From the NCBI GenBank assembly GCA_964637135.1, contig CAZWTX010000001.1, forward strand, positions 186,001 to 215,889: a stretch of 29,889 nt of DNA, given 5' to 3'. Made by a program: the position numbers and the translations under genes. Below the pieces are notes generated by a model. That model was not told the origin of the DNA. It did no database searches and worked only from the letters and a program-made list of their open reading frames with translations. The DNA comes from an uncultured Methanospirillum sp. (lineage in GTDB: Archaea > Halobacteriota > Methanomicrobia > Methanomicrobiales > Methanospirillaceae). Shown here one piece after another: positions 1 to 9,121 of this stretch (position 1 is the first letter of the stretch; the number at the start of each line of letters is the position of its first letter).

Positions 1-519
1 GGACGGATCTTCGAAATACACATTCCTGCTGTCAACCCCGATTACCACCATGTAGTGTCCGTCCTCCCAGACATCCTCCCAGTTGTCCGGTATATCGGTC
101 ACCCAGTTCCCGTCGGAATCATACCATCCGTTCCAGGCCTGGACTGCGACTATGACCGGAGTGCCATTCTGCGTTAGTGATCTCAGGTCGTCAACGGTCA
201 TATCCTCTTTCATGGAAGCAGACAATCCATATGCAGATGCGATATCGAGGATGTTCCCGGGAGGCGTTCCGACTTCCGGACTTGAATTGAGCTCTCCGAT
301 AAGAGTATCCTCCCTGACGTCTCTACCCCAGTACGCCAGGACTGCCTGAAGAGAAGAAGCACCACAGCTGTATTCAGTACTCTGCCTGACATCAGGAACC
401 GTCTGTAATATGACGGTTCCGGGATCGGGGACATCAGAATCCTGGCCGGCGACCGGGAGTACCATCATAAGATAGATCCACAGTCCGGTAAACAGATACC
501 TGGCATGCATATGGTTCAT
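1..519 (-). CDS. Secreted C39-like cysteine peptidase (3' end runs off the window; not in the ORF track)
   Basis: Manual translation from ATG at 519, preceded by GGAGG: MNHMHARYLFTGLWIYLMMVLPVAG (signal peptide)...VPDVRQSTEYSCGASSLQAVLAYWG...GHYMVVIGVDSRNVYFEDPS. Q-x5-C, GHY and EDP match the C39 oxyanion Gln and Cys/His/Asp triad. Confidence 0.88.
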   Translation of the reverse strand, partial: MNHMHARYLFTGLWIYLMMVLPVAGQDSDVPDPGTVILQTVPDVRQSTEYSCGASSLQAVLAYWGRDVREDTLIGELNSSPEVGTPPGNILDIASAYGLSASMKEDMTVDDLRSLTQNGTPVIVAVQAWNGWYDSDGNWVTDIPDNWEDVWEDGHYMVVIGVDSRNVYFEDPS

Positions 520-698
520 GTACCTCCATCGGGTTTAACGCTCACCGGTTCAGATCTTCACCGTCCGCAGGGAAAGAGGTTTGACGTCCCCTGTTCAGGG
601 TCAGATTCTGGATCCGGCTGTTCACGCCAAGCTCCCTGATACCGGGTGATCCCTGCAGATGGCAGGAAGATCTCCCAACCGGTCCGGATATCAACCGG

Positions 699-1523
699 TC
701 AGCGGGGTTTTCCCGGGGAGACGTCCCGGTGGAACAATTCACGGAGGGATACCCCGGGATTGATGTATCGTGACCTTCCGGCTGTTTTCTTCCCTGCCTC
801 GATGGCCTGGACCGGACAGTGATGGATACAGCCACAGCAGAGTTCACAATGATGGTTCCATACCGGCGTTGTATCAACAATCCTGATATTATCTGCCGGG
901 CAAACCGCTACACAGATCCCGCACGAGGTACACTGTGGACCAACGGTGAATTTCCGGTCCTTCTCATGAACAGTCCTGATAAACCGGGGATAGAGGAGCC
1001 GGTACAGGAAGGATGTGATGAATGAACGGGAAGGAGGATGGATCAGGCATCCGGCTACCTCGCCGGTTATCTTCTCAATTTCCCGGTCTGCCGCAGCCAG
1101 GATATGTTCGCATTTGTCCACGGAGGGGGAATCATACATGAGGATATAGTTGCCCGGCATTATGACCGTATACCCGGCAGAAAGACCCATACCAGATCGG
1201 TTTTTGAGGATGCCGTCAAGCTGGGCAAGCGCTGCACCGCCCCCGCCACCCCCGTGAGTCAGGACCGCAAACGGGAATTTCACCCCGGAAAGATCCAGCC
1301 GGGCGGCGAATGACGCGACCATAGCGGGAAGGCCGGAGAAGTAGACCGGGGAGATGATCCCGACCCGTTCTGCCGGTGGGACAACATCCCCGGCAGTCTC
1401 ATTCATCGAAGGGATAGCGATCAATTCACACTCATCCAAGCCGGCGGCAATCTTTTTTGCTGCAGCAAGGGAATTTCCGGTCCCGGTGAAGTAGTAGAGG
1501 ACAGTCTTCATGACGGTTTTCAC
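699..1523 (-). CDS. EFR1-family flavodoxin-fold / 2x[4Fe-4S] ferredoxin protein
   Basis: N-terminal YFTGTGNS flavodoxin-like loop, PVYF, MPGNY; C-terminal CTSCGICVAVCP and CELCCGCIHHCP. Start is either GTG 1523 (GTGA overlap with the TetR stop) or ATG 1511. Confidence 0.9.
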   Translation of the reverse strand: MKTVMKTVLYYFTGTGNSLAAAKKIAAGLDECELIAIPSMNETAGDVVPPAERVGIISPVYFSGLPAMVASFAARLDLSGVKFPFAVLTHGGGGGGAALAQLDGILKNRSGMGLSAGYTVIMPGNYILMYDSPSVDKCEHILAAADREIEKITGEVAGCLIHPPSRSFITSFLYRLLYPRFIRTVHEKDRKFTVGPQCTSCGICVAVCPADNIRIVDTTPVWNHHCELCCGCIHHCPVQAIEAGKKTAGRSRYINPGVSLRELFHRDVSPGKPR

Positions 1524-2143
1524 TGAAGAGGTGTTTTCACCCTGTGAGGTAATGAATACTCCACTCCGACCAGTTTTGCATACCCCTTCAACCAGATCTC
1601 CTTTGCCTCGGCGGTATCCGGGAGCTCACTCATATAATGATGGAGGCCTGCGATAAGCGAACTGCAGAGGAGAGCAAGAGTCCGGGTATCAAAATTCGGA
1701 TGAATGATCCCGTTCTCAATCTGTCGTTCAAAGCCGGCCTGCATCATCCCGATGAACTCTTCATGATATCGGGGGTGAATATCCCTGAATAATGTATTTC
1801 GTCTTGTTACCTGGAAGATATCCAGGACAAGAACCTTGTATTTCAGGCTGAATTCAACCGCTGCATCAAAGTATGCACCTGCATTCGCGAGGATATCATC
1901 TCCGTCGAACAATACCTCCTGGATCTGTTCGTACTCGGTTACCGCCGTTTCGACGATTGATGACAGGAAGAGTTCGTCCTTGCCCTTGAAATACCGGTAA
2001 AGGGCCGGTTTCGTCACGTCAAGCCGGGCGGCGATCTCGTCAAGGGTGGTCTTATCATATCCTTTCTCGAGAAAGACGGCAATGGCCTCGGCAATTATTT
2101 TTTCCCTGATTTCTTCCCGGTACGTGGGGAACAGCTTCGGCAT
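1520..2143 (-). CDS. TetR/AcrR family transcriptional regulator
   Basis: REKIIAEAIAVFLEKGYDKTTLDEIAARLDVTKPALYRYFKGKDELF is a TetR HTH. ATG 2143 (MPKLFP) is preferred over the ORF-track start at 2182, which lies in the operator region. Confidence 0.93.
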   Translation of the reverse strand: MPKLFPTYREEIREKIIAEAIAVFLEKGYDKTTLDEIAARLDVTKPALYRYFKGKDELFLSSIVETAVTEYEQIQEVLFDGDDILANAGAYFDAAVEFSLKYKVLVLDIFQVTRRNTLFRDIHPRYHEEFIGMMQAGFERQIENGIIHPNFDTRTLALLCSSLIAGLHHYMSELPDTAEAKEIWLKGYAKLVGVEYSLPHRVKTPLQ

Positions 2144-2164
2144 GGCACGATACCGTGGGAGTTT

Positions 2165-2217
2165 ATTACTATAAGTAATCATGGTTACTCTTAGTAACTT
2201 TTATTATCGCGAGTAAC
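2165..2217. promoter_or_regulatory. Three tandem 15-bp palindromic sites, probable TetR operators in a divergent promoter
   Basis: ATTACT-ATA-AGTAAT (2165-2179), GTTACT-CTT-AGTAAC (2184-2198) and ATTATC-GCG-AGTAAC (2203-2217), at a 19-bp period between the tetR gene and the ABC unit. Confidence 0.75.
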
Positions 2218-2228
2218 AATGATCTTTT

Positions 2229-3503
2229 ATGGAAAGAAGAATCGAACAGGGAACCCGCATCCGGAATAAGATACCCTTCGTTCCGATCTCCGGAATGATC
2301 CTCATCGGGATGATTCTGCTCATATCGGCAGTACCGGTCATGGCAGAAACAACCGATCAACCGGCAGTATTCGTCGAGAAGTACATCGTTACGCCGTCGG
2401 TCCTGGCTCCCGGAGATCCCGGTACCATCACGGTATACCTGAAAAATACCGCCAACACCGCAACGAAACGGGAATCCTCCGGGGTGATCGACGGGGTATT
2501 TGCCAGCGAGCAGAACACCGACATCAAGACGGTCATTGATTCCATCGGCATTGATGGGAAAGGAGTAGCCATTCTCTCTGATAATTACCTTCGATTCGGA
2601 GCTATCGGACCCGGCCAGTCAGTTCCGGTCACGTTCAGTATCCGGGCCCCGTATGACGAGGGACTCTATTATCCGGAAGTCTGGGTGAACGTCGACGGCG
2701 GAAAGAATGTCCGGTACCCGATCCCGGTCAACGTGAATTCGAAAGACCAGATTCTCCGGGCTCCTGCCATCGTCGTGGAAAAATCGATGCCTGAAAGCAT
2801 CAATCCGGGGGACAATTTTTTCGTGAACCTGAGCGTTAAAAATGACGGGGTCCTCCGGGCAAACCAGGTATCGCTCACACTTACTCCCGGATCTTCGGCT
2901 ATCGGGGTAAAAGGTCCGACAACACGTACCCTTTCCGACCTGGACGGGGGTATGGCAAAGGATGTTCCGGTCGAGTTTATCACCGACCGGAGTATCGCCT
3001 CAGGACTGCAGCATATCACGCTGAATATCACGTATTTCCTTCCTGACGGAACTGAAAAAGATCAAATTGAAGAGATCCAGGTTCCGATAAAAGGAAAAGC
3101 AGAACTGAGTATCGCATCAGTAACCATCAATCCGGAGATGCCTCAACCGAAAACACCGGCAAACCTCATCATCAGGCTTGAGAACACTGGAACCGACACT
3201 GCAAAATCAGTAGAGGCCTCTGTTGATCTCCCGATGGAAGGATCCCGCCAGGCATTCATCGGCAAGATCAAGGTAGACAACGATGCCCCTGCGATCTTCA
3301 CCATAACCCCTGAGAAATCCGGAACATACGAGTACCATCTCTCGGTACAATACTCGGATGAATGGGGAGAGCATAACCTGAACCAGACGATGCATCTTGT
3401 TGTATCATCCGCCGATTCTACCGGGATAATTATCTTCATGCTCGTGATTCTTGCCGCCGGAGCGGCCTTCGTCGTATACCGGAGAAGACGTGGAGGAGAG
3501 TAA
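2229..3503 (+). CDS. COG1361-like membrane-anchored Ig-fold (S-layer-domain/CARDB) protein, ABC-exporter accessory
   Basis: Signal peptide ending AVPVMA; repeated beta-rich modules (PGDPGTITVYLKN, PGDNFFVNLSVKNDG, ANLIIRLENTG); C-terminal TM helix followed by RRRR. Stop overlaps the permease start (TAATG). Confidence 0.82.
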   Translation: MERRIEQGTRIRNKIPFVPISGMILIGMILLISAVPVMAETTDQPAVFVEKYIVTPSVLAPGDPGTITVYLKNTANTATKRESSGVIDGVFASEQNTDIKTVIDSIGIDGKGVAILSDNYLRFGAIGPGQSVPVTFSIRAPYDEGLYYPEVWVNVDGGKNVRYPIPVNVNSKDQILRAPAIVVEKSMPESINPGDNFFVNLSVKNDGVLRANQVSLTLTPGSSAIGVKGPTTRTLSDLDGGMAKDVPVEFITDRSIASGLQHITLNITYFLPDGTEKDQIEEIQVPIKGKAELSIASVTINPEMPQPKTPANLIIRLENTGTDTAKSVEASVDLPMEGSRQAFIGKIKVDNDAPAIFTITPEKSGTYEYHLSVQYSDEWGEHNLNQTMHLVVSSADSTGIIIFMLVILAAGAAFVVYRRRRGGE

Positions 3504-4708
3504 TGTTTGAGGATCTCGGGGCTTCGTGGTTCCTTGCATCACGGGCGATCAGACGGGGCAACAAGGGCACAACAGCCATGATCATCATCATCCTGGCTGT
3601 TGTCTTTGTAAACATGCTCTTTCTTCCGGCTTTCTTCGCCGGGGCCTTTGATTCATTCAAACGGGTAAATATCGCGTTCAACGGAGAGATGACGATAAAC
3701 CCCCGGATAGATGATCGGTATATCATGGACGCAACCGAGGTATCCCAGAAGATCGGTGGCATTCCGGGAGTCATCGGAGTCACCAAACGTCTCAGCCAGC
3801 CGGTCATCCTTTCCCACGATGACCGGGTACTGTCATTCAGCATGACCGGCATCGATCCCCTGAATGAAAAGACCGTGAGTGAACTTGGCAATCACCTTTT
3901 ACGGGGAGAGTTTCTGGATGAAACCGACACCGACACCATCCTCCTCGGGGTCCTCCTCGCCGGGGATGAGAACAAGAACGAAGAGGACGAGACATTCTAC
4001 TCTCTTCGCGGCGTTGATGTCGGAGACAGTGTCAGCCTGACCTATAACAACGGGTTTACGAAGAGTTACCGGGTAAAGGGTATCATCGATGCAAAACAGG
4101 AAAATGTCAATTATAATGCCTGGATCAATTTCCGTGAGCTCTCCGAGATGACCGGAGCGGAAGATGAAGCCTCGTCAATCAACGTCAAACTTGCCCCTTC
4201 CATATCCCCGGATGACTTCAAGGTAACCCTCATGAAATATGGGATACAGGAACGGATTCGGACCTGCGAGGAGGATTATACAAAGATTCTGGAACGGGAA
4301 GGCGGCACGTTCGCCGTACTTGGTTCGGTCTCAAACATCGCCGGTATCCTCATTGCTATCATCATCATGTTCGTGGTTGTCTACATCAACACCATCAACA
4401 AGCGGAAACAGATTGGAATTATCAAGGCAATCGGAATTAACCGGAAGATTATCCTCAACTCCTATGTTCTCCAGGTCATCATCTTTGCGACCTGTGGAAT
4501 TATTTTTGGGGTTATCCTGAATCAGGTACTTGTCACGATAATGACCATCTATCCGCTTGAGATTCCCGAGGGAGTAATATACCCCATTCTCCATCCTGAT
4601 ACGGTTCTCAGGGCCGGAGTAACCCTGTTTGTGGTATCAATCCTGGCCGGGTACGTTCCTGCATGGCTGACGACGAAACTTGAGATTCTTGAGGCAATGA
4701 AGGGGTAA
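3503..4708 (+). CDS. ABC transporter permease, FtsX/MacB/LolE family
   Basis: One N-terminal TM, a large extracytoplasmic domain and three C-terminal TMs; motifs KRKQIGIIKAIG and LAGYVPAW...ILEAMK. Confidence 0.92.
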   Translation: MFEDLGASWFLASRAIRRGNKGTTAMIIIILAVVFVNMLFLPAFFAGAFDSFKRVNIAFNGEMTINPRIDDRYIMDATEVSQKIGGIPGVIGVTKRLSQPVILSHDDRVLSFSMTGIDPLNEKTVSELGNHLLRGEFLDETDTDTILLGVLLAGDENKNEEDETFYSLRGVDVGDSVSLTYNNGFTKSYRVKGIIDAKQENVNYNAWINFRELSEMTGAEDEASSINVKLAPSISPDDFKVTLMKYGIQERIRTCEEDYTKILEREGGTFAVLGSVSNIAGILIAIIIMFVVVYINTINKRKQIGIIKAIGINRKIILNSYVLQVIIFATCGIIFGVILNQVLVTIMTIYPLEIPEGVIYPILHPDTVLRAGVTLFVVSILAGYVPAWLTTKLEILEAMKG

Positions 4709-4715
4709 GGGTTTT

Positions 4716-5522
4716 ATGACCGCCATTATCGAAACAAGAGATCTCACGAAGACGTATTCCCTCGGGGGAAAGATCGAGGTACCGGCCCTGAAAGGGATAA
4801 CCATCTCGATTGAAAAAGGAGATTTCGTCGGAATCATGGGTCCGTCCGGAAGCGGGAAATCAACCCTCCTCCATACCCTCGGCCTGCTTGATCGGCAGAC
4901 CGGTGGTTCGCTTATCATCGACGGACAGGACATCTCCCACCTTGATGACGAAGGGCGGACCGATTTCCGGCTCCGGCGCCTCGGCTACGTCTTCCAGGAC
5001 TATGCCCTGGTCTCCGAATTAACTGCTATCGAGAATGTCTATCTTCCCTGTATCGTCCGGAGGGTGGAAATCGGCGAGTGCCTCAGCAAGGCACAGGACC
5101 TTCTTGACCGGGTGGGCCTCGGCAAACGGGCCGAGCATCTTTATACGGAGTTATCCGGCGGTGAACAGCAGCGGATCGCTATTGCCCGATCGCTTGTCAA
5201 CGATCCTGATATCGTTCTTGCCGACGAACCGTGTGCAAACCTTGATTCTGAGAATTCCAGGATTATTTTGGAATTATTTAAAAAGGTAAACCGGGAACTT
5301 GGTCAGACCATCGTGATGGTGACCCATGAAGAGTGGCATGTTCCCTATTTTGACCGGGTTATCCATCTCAAAGATGGATTGCTTGTATCCGGCCGATCTC
5401 CCGGGAAGAGCCGGGATACAAGACAGGATACGGGATCTGATGGACGGATCGGTATCCGGTTCGTCTCCCGGAGGGTCCGCAGTTCCGGATCTTCCCGGGA
5501 CAGGGTACTACCCTCCAATTGA
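4716..5522 (+). CDS. ABC transporter ATP-binding protein, LolD/MacB type
   Basis: Walker A GPSGSGKST, Q-loop GYVFQ, signature LSGGEQQR, Walker B IVLADEP, H-loop VTHE. Confidence 0.96.
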   Translation: MTAIIETRDLTKTYSLGGKIEVPALKGITISIEKGDFVGIMGPSGSGKSTLLHTLGLLDRQTGGSLIIDGQDISHLDDEGRTDFRLRRLGYVFQDYALVSELTAIENVYLPCIVRRVEIGECLSKAQDLLDRVGLGKRAEHLYTELSGGEQQRIAIARSLVNDPDIVLADEPCANLDSENSRIILELFKKVNRELGQTIVMVTHEEWHVPYFDRVIHLKDGLLVSGRSPGKSRDTRQDTGSDGRIGIRFVSRRVRSSGSSRDRVLPSN

Positions 5523-5572
5523 AGAAAAATCCGCAATGTGCCTCTCCGGTATGCCACCGGTTTTTGTCAGCC

Positions 5573-6478
5573 TCACAGGGTTCCTGCCGGGATAATCCGG
5601 TATATTGCAGCAGAACCGATAACCTCCCCTGAACCATTATGCACGAGGGAGACATTGATCGAGACATCCACAAGCGATCCGTCCCTGCGTCTTCTCCTGC
5701 CATGAAAAGGAGGAACCATCTCGCCTTTCAACAACCGTTCATGGATTGATATGATCTCCTCATAGCCGTCAGGATAGAGAAGGTTCACCGTCCTCCCGAG
5801 GGCTTCCCCGACGGTATACCCGAATAACCGCTCGGCTCCCCGGTTCCATACATTGATGAGGAGATCCCGGTTAATCCCGACGATTGCATCATCGGATGAG
5901 TCCACAATAGCGGAGTGAAACCGGATCTCATCTTCCCGCTTCTTTCGTGCCGTCACATCCCTGATCACGAGAGAGATGGCAACCCGGTTATGGACGGTCT
6001 GGCCTCGTGTAAGGGTAATTTCAAGGAATTTCTGCTCCTGCCCCTCGCGGATCTCAAGCACGTGGCAGTACAGATCTTCGCTCTGGACCTGTTTCAGAAA
6101 GGTTCTGATATTCATCGACTGAAACAGATCGAGGTGCAATGCGGTAACCGGTTTCCCGATCACCTGCTCGCGGGTAACCCTGCACAACTGGCAGACTGCC
6201 GGATTCACGTGAAGAATACTGAAGTTCTGGTCAAGAATGATGATGAGGTTCGACGTGATATCATAAAGGGAATGGGAGGGTAATGCCGATGAAAGAAGGT
6301 ATTTTTTGGCATTCCCGATCTCAAAGAGCTGTACCTGGCCTGACAGGTTCATGTGGTCAAGATACCGCGAGAGGGTGTTGCGGGAAATGCCGGTCTGACG
6401 GGCAATCTCCGAGATGGACAACGGTTTATCCTGGTTTTTAAGTACCTGGATGATAATGTTCGGAGCATCCCGGAACAT
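5573..6478 (-). CDS. Winged-HTH plus two PAS domains, one-component regulator
   Basis: N-terminal LSISEIARQTGISRNTLSRYL HTH; PAS motifs VNPAVCQLCRVTREQVIGK and SSDDAIVG...WNRGAERLFGYT...RRDGSLVDVSINVS. Confidence 0.88.
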   Translation of the reverse strand: MFRDAPNIIIQVLKNQDKPLSISEIARQTGISRNTLSRYLDHMNLSGQVQLFEIGNAKKYLLSSALPSHSLYDITSNLIIILDQNFSILHVNPAVCQLCRVTREQVIGKPVTALHLDLFQSMNIRTFLKQVQSEDLYCHVLEIREGQEQKFLEITLTRGQTVHNRVAISLVIRDVTARKKREDEIRFHSAIVDSSDDAIVGINRDLLINVWNRGAERLFGYTVGEALGRTVNLLYPDGYEEIISIHERLLKGEMVPPFHGRRRRRDGSLVDVSINVSLVHNGSGEVIGSAAIYRIIPAGTL

Positions 6479-6680
6479 TCAACAGATCACTTGCATCGGT
6501 ACGGTATAATGAATTCCCTGCCGCCTGATGAGAAGGCTCTGGATTTCTATCGGAGAGACCGGTCCGTACAACGGGTACGGCGATCGGACAGAGTACCAAT
6601 CAGGTATCAATTACGAGAGCCCTGGCAGGAAAATCCGCTTGCCGACCTTGGATCCTGGTTGTTATATAAAAACAGGGCCG

Positions 6681-6704
6681 GAAAAATATGCCGGGTCCCG
6701 GCAT
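6681..6704 (-). terminator. Putative terminator of the MCP gene
   Basis: Inverted repeat ATGCCGGG-T-CCCGGCAT (6688-6704) about 20 nt after the MCP stop, followed on the minus strand by ATTTTTC. Confidence 0.5.
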
Positions 6705-6725
6705 CTTCTCCAGGCACTGAGATGA

Positions 6726-8846
6726 TCACCCGTTCAACCGGGATACCGATTCGTTGATCCTGGTTGCCACGAGCGATAGATCGCTGATTATGGTGGATAC
6801 CTGGTTGAGTGCAGACGAAGTCTCCTCAGTTGCAGCGGACGATCCCACTGCCTCGCTGGCTGTCTCGGCTGACATCTCCTTGACTTCCGTGATACTCGCA
6901 GTAATCTCCTCGACCGCTGCGGCCTCTTCCTCGGTAAGACCGGCAACTTCAATCATGTTCTTCGATATCTCATCAACCTGTTCTGCAATGACATGGAAGA
7001 GTTCGATGGTATCGGTTATTGCACCTGAACCCTTTGTTACCTCTCCGGTAGCAAGACCCATCGCCGATGCAGCCCGCTCTGACTGTCGCTGGAGGGAGGA
7101 GATGATCTTTGCGATATTTTCGGCCGAACCCTGTGACTCCTGTGCAAGAGTTTTGACCTCGTCGGCTACCACTGCAAATCCAAGGCCCGCCTCTCCTGCC
7201 CGTGCCGCCTCAATGGCGGCATTTAATGCAAGAAGGTTTGTCTGGTCGGCAATATCGCTGATGATGACGACGATCTTGTTGATCTCGTTCATCTGATCGC
7301 GGATCTCGGAGATGATCGTGCCGACATCGTTCACGGCACCATTGATCGCGGTGATCCCGCTTTCGGCAGCCGCTGCCTGTGTTACTCCCCGGGACGAGGT
7401 TTCATTTGCTCCCTGGGTGAGCCTGCTCACCACGTCCACCTTTGACGCCACGTGGGTGACTGATGTTGAGAGTTCTTCCATGGCGACTAGAACCTGTTCA
7501 ACGGCGTCGAGGCTCCGTTCTGCATTGGTACTCACGACCGATGAACTCTGGGCAATGGATGCGGCACCAGAGGTAATTTCCTCAACGCTTGCCGCAGCCT
7601 CCTCTGATGCAGCGGAGAGCTGACTTACCTGTTCTGATATATCGGCGATGGCCTGTGAGAGTTCTGAACCGATGGTGTTCAGGCCGTCCCGCAGGGCGAT
7701 CATATCGCCGTTTACGGTGACAGTTTCATCAAACCGGGCACTGAACTGTGCATGTGAATAGAGCCCGGCTACCCTGAGTGCCTCGTTCAGCGGGGTGGTA
7801 ATGGCGTCGAGCATGTTATTGATACCGACGATGATCTCGTGATATGCCCCCGTAAACCGGCTTGCATCGCCGCGTTGCTGCAGTTGTCCCTCTTCAGCCC
7901 GGGCGATGAGATCCCCGACTTCCCCCATGATGCCGTTGATCGCGGTGATCAACTGATTAAATGCCGGGGCAATCTCGTCCCGGTCATCCCGGGGAGGAAC
8001 CGAAAGGGAGAGATCGCCGGCGGCAATCTGCTTCATCCCGCCGAGGATGACAAACTGGAGATCATCGGAGAATGAATCCATGGCAGTTGCAAGGATCCCG
8101 ATCTCATCCTTCCGGGTTAGTTTTAAGCGGTTATCGAGGTGGCCGAGGCTNNNNNNNNNNCTCATCTCCTGCATTATACGGGCTCCTTTAGAAAGCGGGC
8201 CGGTGATGCTTTTGCTGATGAGGGTTCCAAGCCCCAGAGCGAGGATGACGGCGATCAATCCGACACCAAGGAGCATGAGGATCACCATGGAGACAGTTTC
8301 AGCGCCTTCAATCTTGAGAGTCTCTGCATCTTTCCGGTTCTGTTCAACGAGCGTATCAAAGATCCCGGTGAGTTTCTTCCGCTCATCGACAAGAGCACCG
8401 GTTGTCAGTGCGGCGGTCGCACCTTTCGTATCTCCCGAGTCGACGATCGCGTTGAAATCCGCATAAGCATGTTTATAATTGCCCCATGCGGTTACTGCCT
8501 CGTCAAAAGTGGCACGTTCTTCCTCTGATGTGATATACGGTTCGTACGCAAGGAGATCGTCATCGATACTCTTCATAAGGGCAGCACTATCTGTCCGGGA
8601 ACTTTCGCGGGTCTCTGCAATGAGAAGAATTCCGGGTGGATTTCCCCTGAGATGCCAGAGATTAGTGTGCATCCGCTCTAATAGATCGATCGGGACGAGC
8701 TGATCATCATACATCTGGTCCAGGTACGAGTTGGTGGTTACCACCCCGGTATACCCTGTTACGGCGATTAATACCAGCAGGAGAACAAGGATGAGAAACG
8801 ACCCAATGAGTTTCCTGCCGATTGAAATGTCATCTAAAAACTGCAT
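6726..8846 (-). CDS. Methyl-accepting chemotaxis protein (four-helix-bundle sensor, multiple HAMP, MA domain); spans an assembly gap
   Basis: Two TMs, HAMP motifs (RKDEIG, DRDEI), signature [39 protein letters not shown] upstream of the ATG. Confidence 0.96.
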   Translation of the reverse strand: MQFLDDISIGRKLIGSFLILVLLLVLIAVTGYTGVVTTNSYLDQMYDDQLVPIDLLERMHTNLWHLRGNPPGILLIAETRESSRTDSAALMKSIDDDLLAYEPYITSEEERATFDEAVTAWGNYKHAYADFNAIVDSGDTKGATAALTTGALVDERKKLTGIFDTLVEQNRKDAETLKIEGAETVSMVILMLLGVGLIAVILALGLGTLISKSITGPLSKGARIMQEMXXXXSLGHLDNRLKLTRKDEIGILATAMDSFSDDLQFVILGGMKQIAAGDLSLSVPPRDDRDEIAPAFNQLITAINGIMGEVGDLIARAEEGQLQQRGDASRFTGAYHEIIVGINNMLDAITTPLNEALRVAGLYSHAQFSARFDETVTVNGDMIALRDGLNTIGSELSQAIADISEQVSQLSAASEEAAASVEEITSGAASIAQSSSVVSTNAERSLDAVEQVLVAMEELSTSVTHVASKVDVVSRLTQGANETSSRGVTQAAAAESGITAINGAVNDVGTIISEIRDQMNEINKIVVIISDIADQTNLLALNAAIEAARAGEAGLGFAVVADEVKTLAQESQGSAENIAKIISSLQRQSERAASAMGLATGEVTKGSGAITDTIELFHVIAEQVDEISKNMIEVAGLTEEEAAAVEEITASITEVKEMSAETASEAVGSSAATEETSSALNQVSTIISDLSLVATRINESVSRLNG
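8151..8160. other. Scaffold gap (10 N)
   Basis: Run of N. Both flanks carry 'ct', and merging them restores ...GAG ATG AGC CTC GGC (EMSLG) in frame. Confidence 0.95.
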
Positions 8847-9121
8847 ATTACCTCCCGGTTACCAAAACAGACGTTACCTTTTTGATCCGATCTGATTTAG
8901 GGGAACGGGGACTGGTAAGCAATACCGGCAGATATTAATATAGGTATTCTTGTCGATCCGGATAACCGGGAGAGTTCTCCCATCATGCAGGAGGGGTGAG
9001 CGATAATTCCCGGGATTCCGCTCCTCCGGAGAAATCCCCCGGCAACTGACCGCCTGACGGGTGCCATAACCAGCCATGGTGTTCTCTCATTGATTATCCT
9101 ATTTCACGCCTGATTTCACGG

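Noticed and set aside
542..880. 112-aa minus-strand ORF between the EFR1 and peptidase genes
   Set aside because: Overlaps EFR1 out of frame and has no protein-like features.
5390..5522. Arg/Ser/Gly-rich C-terminal extension of the ABC ATPase
   Set aside because: Looks like a low-complexity extension from a shifted stop codon, with no evidence of a domain.
8149..8162. Apparent 4-residue insertion (XXXX) in the MCP
   Set aside because: Scaffolding artefact: 10 N plus a duplicated 'ct'. Merging the flanks gives a normal HAMP sequence.
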